Notes: generated by a model from the sequence alone, not told the origin. Positions 13,160 to 27,283 are shown, counted from the first letter of the stretch. The stretch: 64,000 nt of DNA from Phoronis australis (GCA_002633005.1 NMRA01000031.1:1442858-1506857); one strand, 5' to 3'. Program-made: numbers and translations.

Positions 13160-14885
13160 TTAACTCCTTGCCTCATGCGAAGACACTGATTTTCGAACTT
13201 ACAACAACTAGGCGCGCCGGGCTGAAATGCGATCGGACTATGTATTAAGATGATGCAGTTTGGCCAAGTGTGAGTGCCATTCTTGTTCAATGGAAATGGT
13301 GTGTATGACTTAGCCACGACTATCTTAGCTCGAAAAATCGCAATGACAATGAAAACCGCACGACTAGCTAAGCAGCCTGCGAGCGTCGCCGGTAAACTAC
13401 ACGACAACCTAAGCGTTAAAGATATTGCTATATTCGTTACCAGCATATACAATCAGTTGAAAACGGTCGTTACACGAAAAAATCCATCCGTAATTTTTTT
13501 TATTATAGTGACAAGTTCAGCGTGGCCTAGCCCATATCAATCTTGTTTTGTACCCTTCCGCAGAGCGGAAGACACGACCTGTGTTGTTTAACCAAGACAA
13601 AGGTACAGAACTAAGAAAATAACAAAAACATTTATATCTTTTTAATTGTCATATTAATACATTCTACAAACAGGGACTTCAGCAGAGATTTATTTTGTTA
13701 TGACACAGTGAATGCATGAGAGATTAGTCTGAGCTAGGAGTGATTGTGTTTATCGCGGATTACGAATGATAACTACAGAGAGATAAGCTAACACCACTTT
13801 TCAGATTTTGCTCTCGTGAGCATCCGTGGTTATGGCGCAGGTCACGTGATTACAAACTCCTAAGTCGCGTGCGAAATGATCTACGAACAATTGGAGTGTG
13901 TTGGCAGGGAACCTAGTGAGATGCAGTAGGTAACTGCACACGCATAAAATGGTTGCTAATACCAACGCATTCACTAGGTTGCGACCAGCCGAATCCAACC
14001 TGTCCAATCAGCAATATAACTGTGTAGTTGCGATAAATTAATTTGTCTAAACGCCCGAACTACGTATAGAGGGCAATTGAAAGACCACGAATGTTTCGTC
14101 TACGTTTTCATGGAGCCATTGATAAAAATACTTTCGCTTATAACCAATCCACAAGTTGAACCATCATAGCCCGCACCGTTTGCCTACAAACAGGAAGCAA
14201 TTCATTTAACCGCTAACCGAGTTTCTCGAGAGTCGATTAGTTAATTGTGGTTTAACCTCATTCCGCCTGGTGTTTACTTGGGCAGGAATGAGGGCGAGGA
14301 TGGTCCTAATAACGCGGCGGACTGACACCATTCCAGCGCCAGACCGATGTGTCACCCAATAAAGTGATACCATTGACCGACTTTCAGGCCAAGTGTTGGT
14401 TACACGATAAATGGAAAGGTTACACGCGCGATCGTTAACATTGTTAAACTGACAACGACAGATTAGTGGACGAATATGGGAGATAAAAGAAAGTGGGCTA
14501 ATTACCCGTCATGAAAACGAATATTGTAGGTTCAGGCCTGGGATTGTGTACTCGTGAGTGTTGTACATTAGCTTACGCAGGCACGTGCTTATAATAGATT
14601 ATGGAGAACCGTTTGCTTCGTAATCCAACACACTAGCGAGCACTATCTCCCTAATATCTTTTTAGAATTACAGTGTAATTATCTCCCCCATGTTATCACG
14701 TGCTGGTATTTCCAGTCGAAAAATCATGGAAGTAATTGTGAAATCGTGCATTGAAATCAATGCGAAGCGAATGGTGTGAATTTGATTACTGGACTTATTT
14801 CCCCTGCTTCCCTTTCTCTTTACGTCTCAAGTTGAGTCTCAATTTGAAACGATTCTTTGCCGAACTACTTTTGAGCTGTCTCAGA

Positions 14886-14954
14886 CAACATGTCGTGTAA
14901 ATCGACGACATTTCGTCAGGCTGACGAAATGTCGTCGATTTACACGACATGTTG
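14886..14954. repeat. Perfect 69-bp palindrome (34-bp arms, 1-nt spacer)
   Basis: caacatgtcgtgtaaatcgacgacatttcgtcag-g-ctgacgaaatgtcgtcgatttacacgacatgttg. Confidence 0.95.
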
Positions 14955-15297
14955 ACCAGCAGTTCGTAGTGAGCTAGACTAGTACCTATAGAGGTTAGAC
15001 AGATACAATGTATTACAGTTCATGTTTGGTAATACACTAATGAGGTAATGTGAATAATCAGTGAAGGCTCCGGGGCTTCCCCAACAAGGGTACAAATGGC
15101 TCCTCTCCTCGCTGTTGCATTTCACTTTTAATTCAGGTATGACGTGCACTACGAACAGGCAACCCCTTTATAAGCTCACTCGATCACACGGCCCCGTGCA
15201 TGTATCAAGTCGTAGTGCTCCTATACAGCACTAATGTAAGCTTTACCCTAAAGACTCTACACTTGTCTTCATTGCACTGCTTATAAGTTACTTACCA

Positions 15298-15547
15298 TGG
15301 GCCCGTTCCAACAAAACTGACTTAGCTAAGACAATTCCTAAATTTTACTAACTTTTAAAATAAAAGTTCAATTTGTCTCAAAATTATTTCAAGAAAGAGA
15401 TGTTAAGCTTGATTTAAATGTTTGACGTACGTTTTGGCTTAATTTTGATGAATTTACCAGATATGGAAGTTTCAAAGTTTGGAAGTTAAGACAAATCTTA
15501 GACTTAAGTCAATAATGAACTTAAGTCAGTTTCTTGGAACGGGCCCA
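15298..15547. mobile_element. MITE with about 28-bp TIRs
   Basis: tgggcccgttccaacaaaactgacttag ... cttaagtcagtttcttggaacgggccca. Confidence 0.85.
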
Positions 15548-15909
15548 AGATCTACTGAATAATATTGAAATGCCAAATAAACGCTGTTTTACGTAATATC
15601 TTCAAATTTTTTAAAGTGGAGTAACGACACCTATCAGGCAAGAAAACTCACGTGACTTTCCAAACAAAAAGGAAATCAATGATCAGGAATTTGGCTGTGT
15701 TTTAGGTTGCACGAAGTCGACAGCGCGGCACTGCTGACCGAAACTAACGAAGTTCATGGTGACCGACTCGAGGGTTGTCACATTCCTAGCTTTCATTGGC
15801 AGGTACACCACTCAGTGCATCTAATAACCGAAGTATCGTTTATTTTTGCATGTATAAGTATAAAAAATACACCTGAGTACGAAACTTTAAATGTTTTCGG
15901 AGCAGTGAA

Positions 15910-16067
15910 CAGTGGCGGACTTAAGGGGGGGGGGGGCCAAGGGGGCCATGGCCCCTAAAATTCTCCAAGACTCCATTTGTCGTATGGGGTTGCGAATGTC
16001 AGACAGGCAAAATCCTGGCTAATATTTTGCCCTGCCCCCCCAACTCAAAATTTTGGATCCGCCCCTG
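15910..16067 (+). mobile_element. CAGTGGCGGA-type G-rich MITE (158 bp)
   Basis: cagtggcggac...ggatccgcccctg. Inverted homolog at 41529-41681 shares cctaaaattctccaaga and ggcaaaatcctggctaat. Confidence 0.8.
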
Positions 16068-19000
16068 ATAGGTGTTCTAACTTGGTGGTCGGACCTAAAA
16101 ACGGTTCGTGTTTTGCGTTCAGCCAACTAGTTTTTGCCGGATGCGGTCATAGTGTTATGAAGTCCGGACAACACGTTGATCACCGCCCATTTGGTTTTGC
16201 AGTCCATCCGACTGGTTTTAAGTCTGGGCAAGTTGCTTTGAATGGTTGATTCCCTCTTGTATCAGCAAATTCTTAGCGAGTTTACAAATGGTTATTATTT
16301 GAGGTACACAAGTCAGTGAGGCTATATAGCAACTTGTGAATGCAGTGGGATCAGAAAACACAAGTTTGCTGACAATGCAAGTCGTACTTATAATCGAATG
16401 TGACTGTCGTCAGTGTCACTGTCAGAGAGTGTCTTCGGGAACCTTCACTGACAACTTCCCGGTCTCAATTTTGAGTAAATATAGGTGACCGCTATATCAT
16501 TAATACTGCGAAGTTGGAAAATAGCAAGGGCTTGGACACTTGTAACAGAATTCGTACGTAATTAAACTACCACTTTAAAATGACCAATTAAAAAGACAAT
16601 CACATCAAGCACACGTGGCAGACACAGACAAAGTTCTGTGTCAGTGACCTTGCTTTTCATTGGCTACTATTACATTTAGCCAGACTGGTGCCTAATGCTC
16701 TAAAATGACCCATTTAGCTGCCTCATTATCATAAAGAAAGTTTAAGAGAATAATCCCAACTTCAAACTTTCATAACTTCGTTACTTAATAATTTAGATCT
16801 TGGCACCCCCCAAGCAGCCGCACAAGTGATGATTATGATATAGGCTGTAGTACCACATCATTTGCTCTTAACGTGGCTTTGCCTTCAACGTTTTCTTTAG
16901 ATTTGTCAAGTTTTGGTCGGTTGCCTATACCGGGTAACTAGTAAACCAGTGCCGAAATGCTTTAATTTAGTTGAGAACACTCGGGATGACAACGTAATGG
17001 ATGCTAGTTTTTTTAGCTCACTCCAATATAACGAGTCGTAACGACACTTCTCATGCTTGTGGGTCACGTTGATTCGTTCGATAGTTGTAACTGTAAAAAC
17101 AAAACACTCAACTTCGAAAAAAAAAACAACTCAACAACAAGGGATTCGTGGATGGGTCTCTTTAATTTAAAGCCACCTGTAGCGCATTATTTGACTGTTT
17201 CATGTTTTGGGGTGGAACCATGTGGCAAGGTACTGTTGCTATATACGAAAATGGAGTTGAGTGATCCTTTCACCAGAAAAATTCGTCCCCGCTAAGTTCA
17301 TTTAATCTAGTTTAGTCAAGTTTGTGATTTCGCGAATGATCAAGTTTTATTTTTATAAAGAAGTAAAAGGCGACGACTACAAACATAGTCGTCTAGGTGA
17401 ATACAAGAGTAGGTCACATTTATTTTTGGCCAAAATATGAGTACAAACTTTAAAATCAGCGCTTACGTAAACAAAGACATTGTCGACTAATACTTGTACA
17501 ATGTCTTTGTTTTAAGTGTAAAAGGTCACTGTCAGGGTGCTAAGGTGGACCACTGAAAATTAAACGAAGATCCCTAACAATGCTCCATTTGTGTAAACAG
17601 CGGAAGAATACTTACCCATCACCGGATCTAACTCCGTCGCAACACTATAATGAGTTACTCAGCAACAGAGAGTGATCCAGTCACGTGTGAACCAAGCTGA
17701 TCACCGCCAGAAAAAAAATAAGCGCCATGTTACCGGTGTGAATGTAGGTCAGGCATGTTCAGAGGTTCGTAGCCAAAAAATCGTGAGTGACCGTGCATGA
17801 TGCCGATAAGAGATTGAAAACGCAAAGTTTACACAATTTACGCACAGCGCAAGACCTATGATGTAATGCGCTCTTTGAAATCACGAGATATGAATAAACA
17901 ACGACACAGTGCCAGCCGGTGTCAGAGACAAGTCAACGAGTTTGCGAGTGACCAAATTACCTTCGCCTGTCAAAACATCAAAATGTTTTTGCCTAGCACT
18001 ATGTATAACTTTGCACTATTCAACGTCCAGCTGGTAAGTATTTACAGCCCTCATATCATGGCACGACTGACCCACTTTTCATAAAATTCAATAGAAAAGT
18101 GTGTTGTGCCCTGAGGCAGTGTTGATTCTGGGTCAGTATGAAATGAGCAGTAATATACCTGCTGACTAGAATGGCAGGGCTACCTTCACCTTCAAATTTT
18201 AGGTTGCCCTCTACAACGGTTGGGACACGAAAAAATGCATCAATTGTCAGATATAACGAACATTTCGTAAAAAAGTTACCCATGGAGAAATTAGGAAAGT
18301 ATTTTTAATTTTGAAATCATGCCATAGAATATCCAGTGACTGAACCGGTGTTCTCAAACTGCCAGCTTAATAAATTTCGAGTTTCCTTCCTGAATCCTAA
18401 GAACTAGGCTTCAAAGTAAAGTTCTGGCTGGTCAGATTGTATAAAACGTGAGCTAATACCCCTACATGAATTATTACTAGCCAACACTAGTTGGCACGTA
18501 AGACTACAAAGAAATGGCGTTTCAAACCTGTCCAATCCATGAAAAACGATATGCAGATTCTCCAAACTTGTCATCGGGAGCATCAACAAGTATAATGTGT
18601 TAAAAATGCATCACTTTTGACGGAGATGTGCCAACCCGTAAAAACTCGGACCGCTTCAAGACAATCACTATTGTCAAGTGACCTGTCAATTCCTTTTAAT
18701 GGTAGAAATTATTTGCTTTCGTGACAAGAGAAAGTTACGAGACAAGTTGATTTTCATTTTGTGTTAAAATTGGAAATCGGAAGCACCTTTTACAATCAAA
18801 CTAACGTACCTTTAACAACCAAACTAAAGCCATCTTTGTGGAATAATGAACAACGTTTTGAGACCAGCCATTTTCTGATTACTCAGTGTTTTTTTGAAAC
18901 CGTTGGGAAAATCTGACGATGTATATCAAATTGTCAAGTATTCCCTAGTGAACTCATCCATAAGTGAGATTTATACATTTTCTCAATTTCTCGGAAATTA

Positions 19001-19190
19001 AGAACGAAAAACAGATGTGGTGCACATACTTTTTTGAGGTCTTTTAAGCGGCACACAACAATAACATCAGTATATGAAATAGTGGAGCACGCACCCAGCA
19101 CAAGCGTCACCTTTCGGCAATAAAACTATGGTAAAAGTAATTTTAGAATTCACCAGTCTCCGAGCAAGGAACTGTGAAAGGCGAAGTTAA

Positions 19191-19620
19191 AGATGCTATG
19201 TCTCATTAAATTATGAATATGCAAATGAAGTACTAGTCTACAAACAACCACGGGTCTTTCGGTGAGCCGGAAACCAGTTACTATTGTGATCTCGCGAAAG
19301 TCTCCTTTTGCTAGACTATCTTTATGTAAATGAGTATGGAAATATTATTTTATCGTTAACTTAATAAAACAAGGCACAGATTTTATTATTTGTTCATTTA
19401 ACTATCAAACATCGATTTTGTGTATTGTTTGAAATTATTAGTTTTTTTGTATGTTAACACTTATTTTTAAGTGTATCAGTTGTGGTGTTTTCTTTAAAAG
19501 CGCAATTCATTTACAAATTGTTGTTTCCTTTCCTGATCGTATACTTGTACGCGTAGTTCTCCACCACGTCACTAGGTGGCGCTTGATGCAAATTCGATTG
19601 TTCATGGAGACACATCATCT
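19191..19620. mobile_element. Kolobok-type MITE, copy 2
   Basis: ttaa|agatgctatgtctcattaa ... gagacacatcatct|ttaa. Colinear with 12728-13159. Confidence 0.85.
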
Positions 19621-20502
19621 TTAATGTGTTGCATAATAATACAAAATACAACTACCGCCGACAGAATAGCTGCACCTGATTGCGTAGGTGGACGAAGTTC
19701 ATCACATAGAGCAGACCAAAAACTCGACGCTTTGAATCGGTGCAGTGGATGATGAATGGTGGTGACCCGTGCTGTGATGGCGCTGGTACCTGAACCAAAC
19801 CGAGAACGGACACAGAAATATGCCCTCACCGCTTGGATAGAGGATTCGGGGCAAAACTAGCTTTTGGTGGACAGGAAGGGGGTCGAAGGGAGTGGTGAGG
19901 GGAATGTTTTATTTGATGGGTAAATTACTGGCGACCAGGGTGGGCGCAAGACAGTTAATCATTCGGGCGAGGATCGGGGCAGTTAAGCGTTGATCGAACT
20001 CGGTCTCGCACCCCCAATATGAAAAGAATAGTTTTGCTTCTGGCTTACACACTCATCTGGCATTTGCGAGAGTTCGTTCACCCGCATCATTTCCACCAAA
20101 GTAGAATGTCAACCAAAACAGGCACATGCTTTTTTAACTGGCCTCATCCCCTGTGCAATAGAAATGATGCTGCGTTTAAAGGAACAGAAGCTGTGTCACG
20201 TGAAGACTACTTCTAAGAACCCGGATATCAAAAGCTCATTTCAGAACCATTGTTATTAACTATACCGTTTGCAGTGTATACGTACTTCATTTGTGTAGAT
20301 ACGTTAAAGCGACACACTGGGTTTTGGACCGGACAAAAATACATTTTGATGTTGATTGCTGCATGTGATAGACTCCCTGTGAAGTCATTCGCTTTGACCA
20401 GAGCCACATGCCTAAATTTACAAAACCCGTTACAAATAGCCAACTTTCGTCGCTGTCTCCCAGCCACTCACTAAAATCGAGGCAGGCAAAGGGCGGGAAG
20501 AC

Positions 20503-21141
20503 TACTCGCTGGTTCCCTGCGTGTCCCGCTAGGGGAAAGGTGGCACACAGGCAGCCTTGTCCCCCTCGATGGTTCCCTGCGTGCCGCTAGGTGGTCGCCA
20601 TAGCCAGCACGCAGGTATCAGTTAATTTTCCTCGGGAATTTTTTTTACACCGGCGTTCATGTCTGATTGGCTAGTCGAATTATCAACAGGCAGCGCTTTG
20701 TGCAAACAAACTGGCATGACTGATGGACTGACGTGTAAATGTGGTCTGTTCTACATACAAATCGGTGCTTAAAATTCATGTTCAGGAAATGTGAATCTTA
20801 GAAATTGTGGTTGCATCTTTCTACTGTCACTGACTTTTGTTTACGATACTGTCCTGTATTCATACAGTACGAATAACACACCGGTTAAATAGGCCAGATA
20901 TGTGTTTATTGTACGTGTATGTGCTTCAAGCACGCGGCTAGGAAACATCACTGCAGAAACGAAATGGTTGCTGCGACGCCACTTGCATGACAAGGCTAAA
21001 AATCATTCACAGTCCGCCATTTTTTTCACGGTGTTGCAAAGCTAACCAATGACTGCTGAGGTTACATCAACCAAATGCTAAAGCGCGTGCCACTGCGTGA
21101 TACCTGCGTGCTGGCTAGGCACGTAGGGAACCAGCGAGCCT
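20503..21141 (+). mobile_element. Composite double-TIR non-autonomous DNA element, copy 1
   Basis: Outer TIR ctcgctggttccctgcgtg (at 20505, repeated at 20565) / ggcacgtagggaaccagcgag. Inner TIR tagccagcacgcaggtatca (20601) / tgatacctgcgtgctggcta (ends 21117). Homolog at 33188-33755. Confidence 0.8.
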
Positions 21142-21611
21142 CGTCCCCAAGCTTTAAGGTGGCGCTAATCGGTTTAGCCATTTGAGGCTTGGTTATGGGT
21201 AATGAAATGGGTGACATTTTTACGGAAATCGCCGGAATAGCACGAGTAATACGATTTTGAAATTTTCTGCAGCTATGTATAACAATGAAAACTAACGATA
21301 TTTTACTGCTATTTAGGTCTGAATTAGCACAAAAAAGTTTTATTCCAAAACAGATTAATTTCTTATCTATGATACGTTTAATAAAACAGAATTGAAAATA
21401 AGTACGCGAACAACCTTTATTTCAGACAATAACCAAAACAACGTCTTCTGCTTCATGAATGGCAGCAACAACGCCTGTGAAAATAGTTAATATCTGATTT
21501 GTTTTAATGACGTAAAGGCGGTGGCCAATCATTGCGCAGACGGTAACTCCCATAACCAAAGCTCAACCGGCTAAACCGATCAGCGCCATCTTCAGGCTTG
21601 GGGACGAGGCT
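21137..21611. mobile_element. MITE with about 65-bp TIRs (AGCCTCGTCCCCAAGC termini)
   Basis: agcctcgtccccaagctttaaggtggcgctaatcggtttagcc...ggttatggg versus cccataacc...ggctaaaccgatcagcgccatcttcaggcttggggacgaggct. Confidence 0.85.
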
Positions 21612-22562
21612 GGCATGCAAGCCTTCTGCACACCCATGGTTTAACGTCGGCAACAATCGTCACATTACAATGTTGGAAACGCCACATTGTCGGTACAGAT
21701 GACTTTCATTGCTTATTTGTAAACCAAGATCATAAAACGACATAAATCAACATATTTGTGTCACACTTACGTTTTAACGCATAATTAACTGATATTTCGT
21801 AAACTGTATTCGGTTAAATGAATATTTGTCCTGATTACCCGCCTAATAACTGTTCATCACCCCTGTCAGTCGTCATAAAGTTTAAGGATGACCGATGACA
21901 TCCCGGCTGCCGCAGGTGTTTGCTTATTGCCAACGGCAGGAATATCAATGATTAATTTTAATGGACAGATTAACCGAGAAATAAATAAATTATTAGCGCC
22001 AATAATCATGGGTTACACAAAACCCATTCCGCGGCCACTCTCAACTAGTTGGCACGGTAACTCAGCCAGGAGTTTGCGTCGGTAGACTCGTAATAGAATT
22101 TCTATATTTCAATTTTGCAAATTTAATTTACCTGAATTTTGGACTTCTGAGAGTGAGACATAACGCTTAAGAAATCAAATTTAAGATGTGTCAATTAATA
22201 AAAACATTTTATGTGTCCTCGAAACGAATAATCCCGATCCCAACGTAAGAAATGTTGAACATTGGAACCGGCAAGCGACTGACCACAAGCAAGAGTTATA
22301 GAACTCATAGCGCAAGGTTCGTTGGCCGGTCACTGTCCGTGATGTAACACTCATGAAACCCCGCCGATTATGACATGCCAATCAATACCTAATAGCTTGT
22401 AAGAACGCGCGGTCAATGGGCATCCACCGCATGTAAGATTCATTGAGTCGCCAGGAGCAGCTGACCCACCTGGAGTCTGGGAAGGTATCCTGGCAACCCG
22501 TCGTGACACTCGCACCCGTGCCAGCACTCGTTATTGGTCAAGGAATAATATCTCATTGTTGT

Positions 22563-22750
22563 ATCGGGTGTCCCAAAATGCGTCCCACTACCAATATCTC
22601 AGCGATAAATTTGACCAATAAACATACAAGTTACAGATGTAACACAACAGAACATTAAATCTACTTAATATTGAGACCGTGAAATTCGATAAAACGCCAT
22701 TAACAATTTCGGAAATGCTTTAGCAACAATTTCAAAACAGAGGGTTAACG
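22563..22750 (+). mobile_element. Possible Tc1/mariner-type terminus remnant
   Basis: ta-tcgggtgtcccaaaa resembles TA|CAGGGTGTCCCAAAA ends. Partner TIR not found. Confidence 0.3.
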
Positions 22751-25700
22751 GCTACAATACCAGCCATTTCAATCATTGTTCAGTGTGAACTACGTTTTAG
22801 CAATGAACAGTCGTTTCTACAAAGTGTCTCGAAACATTTTCCCGAATTTCTTCTCAAGTCATGTTATTTCCCACGAAGCAACAATTTATCTTTAATAAAT
22901 GATCGTTTTCATCACGTTTATACCCTAATCCCCAAGCCCTATACATCGCAAAATGTTCTGTTCTTCAGCGAGAAAGGCACCGTTTTCGTTCTTCTTAGTT
23001 CCTGAGTGCTTGAACGCTGGAGATGAGATAGTTTCATTAGCTAAAATACAGACTTACCTTTGGGTAAAACCAATCTTCTCAAGTTCTTATGTTGGAGGAG
23101 AGCTATAAAACGGCAAATCTATTGTGACTGCGACGTAATTTAAAATCGCCCATTCTAAAAAAGGGCTTCCACTAGGGTTAAAAGTATCGATTTGGAGACC
23201 ACATCATCTGTTTCGTGACAATGGCATGATGAAAGCTGACGCAAAAAGCCAAGGGGTACTCTCATAAGTATATGTGAGGAAAATAGACCACAAACCGACG
23301 CACATTAAATTGACTAAGATACACTTGAGACCAATTTCATATCGGAAAGTAGTCCAAATAACACGTTAGTTTTAATAATTGTGGATGGGCTTAGTAGCGG
23401 CTTTAAGCGGCGCAAATTTAAATTGTTCTTGACAAATTGAAAGTAATTACTGCGATCTTTGATTGGCAACCAAATCCCTCGCTCGGCCTTACATTTGCTT
23501 TGAAATGGCCAAATCCCATTTGAAAAAACCTCAATAACTTGCTAACCTAGGCCGTTTTTATGGGGTAAGGATCATCATAGAACTGTGCGGTTGGACTTCA
23601 TGAATGAAATTTAAGATTACATGCCGGGTAAAGTGTTGTTGCGAGTAAGGAGGTATACCTGAAGGTCATGTGATTCAGCAGCCAAAAAAGCCCACCTGCA
23701 TTTTTTTCAAACCAGAAAATAAAATCACTTTTACGTGAGGACGTGGAAGTATCTTTGATAGAAAAACGCTGAACAGTTGTTAAAGTAATGTCTAAAGGTT
23801 CGTTCATAGTAATCACCAATCGAATTAGAAATAAGTTTTAAGTCAACTAGCACAAAAATGTTTCCAAATTGTCACACTGAAAACATATTAGTGTGCACGC
23901 GCTGCATCAGCGCTACCTTAGGATTACTTCGACGATAACAGCGTCACATGACGGTTACTTCGATGTACGTTAACTACCGAAGACGGTATGACCGATTCAG
24001 TTAGCTTCGCAGTACACGTCGACGCTCCGTTCACTCCGGAGTTATTTACTCTTCATTGTCACCGACTACGTCATTTTAAGTACAAAAAAGCAGTCAAAAG
24101 AAACCACTGTCGTTACCAATGGGTGGATGCAGATTAGTACTCTAATATTGAAGTTACCACTGTTATTAGTGGGTGAACATTTTAAAGCACTGCTAAAGAA
24201 TCTACTCCAGTTACAAAATTTGACGTTAGCGAAATCGAACTGCGATAAAAACGCCCAGACGTTGGTGACAAGATTCAATGGCGGACGTTGGGCTCATTTT
24301 CGTCTCGTTGGTTGATTTTATTAAAATTTCAAAGAAATTTCATAAAACTCTAAGATATCGACGAAAAAAAAACTTTTTCAGGAATTGAGGCAACTACAGC
24401 TGAGACCACATCAAAGGAAGAGAGACCTTTAACTGAATTCTACCACAATGGTAATGAAGACAAATCCGTAATGCCATAATGAGGGCCGCCTTTCATAGCG
24501 GCTAGTCTGCAACAAGCACTATAGGATTTGAGAGAGGTTGCGTGAACATCGTGTTGATATAAATTACCTATAAATTCCAATCGAAGAAGAAATTAAATTA
24601 TCATCATTTGTAGCTCTGGCCAAAACATTGGTATCGAACGTTTATCGATTACTTCAGTATTCAAATTTCATAGTGATAAGTGCCAGTATAGGTAAAGCGA
24701 TTGGTGCAAAACAGCTTTATCCTCGGCGACAACGACCTGTAGCTTTGTAAGTAATAAACAAAATATTACTGTGTTGCTCAGACATAAGGCGGTACACATT
24801 GGCATGGGCGTTTATATACTTACTTATATAATTCTCACATAACTTACTAACAAACAAAATATACACATGGATATTTGTGCAAAAATAAGATCATAACTCA
24901 ATTCAATCTCATCCACTTTTGTCTATGTCATTGGGAGTTCACAATTTAGGACGCAAAAATATTACGTTAATATTTTTACCTTTAACCTGGATACGATTAT
25001 TAGGTACTGGAGTCAAATCATGCTCCCCCTTGTGAACTGTCTGATAACTAACTGCCATAGGCTAGATAAAAAACTCGGTCAACCGAATTAGTGTAGTATT
25101 CTAAGATTTTGCGAATTCTCGGTCACAAAACCAGACTAGCGTAGAACAAAAACGATGCAGACTCAATAAGCCATGATGCAGAAACGGTTAGTAATTGAAT
25201 TAAGGAGATCGGAGATTTCTCAATTCTTATAAATGTAACAGGAAACGCGTTGATTGTCATTCAAATTTTAGACTGGCACGTTTTTTCATTACATTACAAA
25301 GTAAGATCGCAAACGTAGCGAGAGTTGAACGGTGCTCGAAGGACTAGTTCTATTTCAGTACCCTAACCTGGGTTCATCAGAATGTTCACAGCTCAACAAT
25401 TCGATTAATGTTTCGTTTCCCTCGTCAACTATATAAATAACCACAAGCAACTCACGGAGACGGACGCCTAAAATTGTCTCCATAAATATCGCGAGAAGAA
25501 GTGTTATGGAATGCCGTTGTCATACTCAGGTACGCGCCGTAGATTTAACGTACGGCTACCACGGGTACCAAGCGAAGCCTTTACCGAAATATCGCGATGA
25601 TAACCCACATTATTTCCGCCAAATACCACGTGCTGGACATAAAGCCTTGGACAGGTAGCAGAACGTCGTTATGCTAAACGGGCTGAAATTATTCAAAAGC

Positions 25701-27283
25701 ACACATTAGACAGGTAGTTTGTGCGCAACGATGAGTATTATTTCTGGCATGGCACGTGTCGTAGTGCCTTCAGTCTCTTGAAAAGGTAAAATTATTGCCC
25801 CCAGAGGTGGAAGATAACGATAACCCCAGTTCGAAAGCAAATTCCCGCCCTCTCCAGTCACCCCCAATGTAACGCCTCTTTCTTGCCATGAATCCACGCC
25901 GTCTCCTTGCGCCCCTAAATCAAACGACAACAATGTAAACCGTGTTTTCAGACACAGAAAGTTTGGACTTACCGAGGAACTCGAGAGTAGAGACACGTGA
26001 CGGAGCTTCGGCGCGGCTTTGCATCTTGCATTTGAGCAACACTGGGGCAGTAACAGGACGTCTATGGAAACAGTAAAGAATCACAAAACGTTATGAGCGA
26101 CCAAGTAATTAAAATTTTAAGATACCTTTCACTAATTAGCATCTGTGTTAAAATTAGAACTACCTTTTGAGACGATTTTGAACAAAATTACGTATAACAA
26201 ATATAGGAATGACATTTCTCAATACAAACATAAACGTGAAACGGGTTTACAAGTTTTCGGGAAGCGAAAACCTGTACATTGTAATTTCACTTGCATGTCG
26301 CTTTTAGTAAGGATCGGGTTTTATTACCCAAAAATATTTTGGGGTTAATTTTGCAGTAGAAGTGAAGTTACTAGCTTTTAACGAAGCTGCAAAATCTATC
26401 GTGCCTTTTGGGATTTATTATAAACCGTTGATTATAAAGCGGCAATAAGCGACTTTTGTCAGTGTATTTCAAAAGTATTTAACTGGTCAAGTCTTTAGTT
26501 ACCTTCCTGAAGAATGCGTAACAGCTGACATCGGCGAGAGCTGCCGTTTTGTAATAAAATCAAAAAGCACAAACGATTTTATTGTTTCATATGCATAGTT
26601 CTGTCAAAGCTAATACCTTCAAATGTCTATCCCATCCGACAACTTGGACCCTCAAAATGCATTTTTGGTCATCAAAACGAGAACACCCCTTATAACTAAG
26701 ACTGAAATCGAGGCGGCGACAGCATAAGCTGCTTCGTTGCTGGATGCCGTGAAAATCGCGCCGTCACAGGCTGTGTGCAGTGCTCATCAATATGGTGCAG
26801 GCGTGAAAAAAAGTCAAGGGTTAGTCTCCTGAGTGGATGTGAGAAAACGACGCACAATTGAGAAGTATTAACCTCCTAGAGTACGCATCTGGGAACGACA
26901 TCGAGCGCTGGACGGCCGTGAACATTTTCAGAAATTCCGAGCTTGCTCGGTATAGTGAGACCTGGGCGGATTTGCTTTCATAACTAGCCTGGTGTCCATG
27001 CTTACTGTTTGATTGACATTAAGTGTAATTAACCTAAAATTGTTATTGAAAGGCTTATAATGTTTCCTTTGAGTGATAATTATTAAGCAATTGAATTTCT
27101 CGCTGTGCCAACAAGTTTAATGACCTCGACATTCGACATACAAAACTCGTTTTCCTAAATGCCCAAATTCGCTTTGAACGCCCAATAACCTAGCGTACAT
27201 GTACGTTCCGTAAAAGCGAGAATCTCGAGAAAACCCACTAATGTCGCGAGATTGCGTGTCGACAAAATAGCAAGCGTCGCAAG

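Noticed and set aside
14921-14954. CTGACGA plus stem as a hammerhead
   Set aside because: No GAAA box or stem I/III partner follows the stem.
23055-23110. 45-nt AG/GT-bounded micro-exon on the minus strand (LLQHKNLRRLVLPK)
   Set aside because: No partner exons or homology recognised, and such sites are expected by chance.
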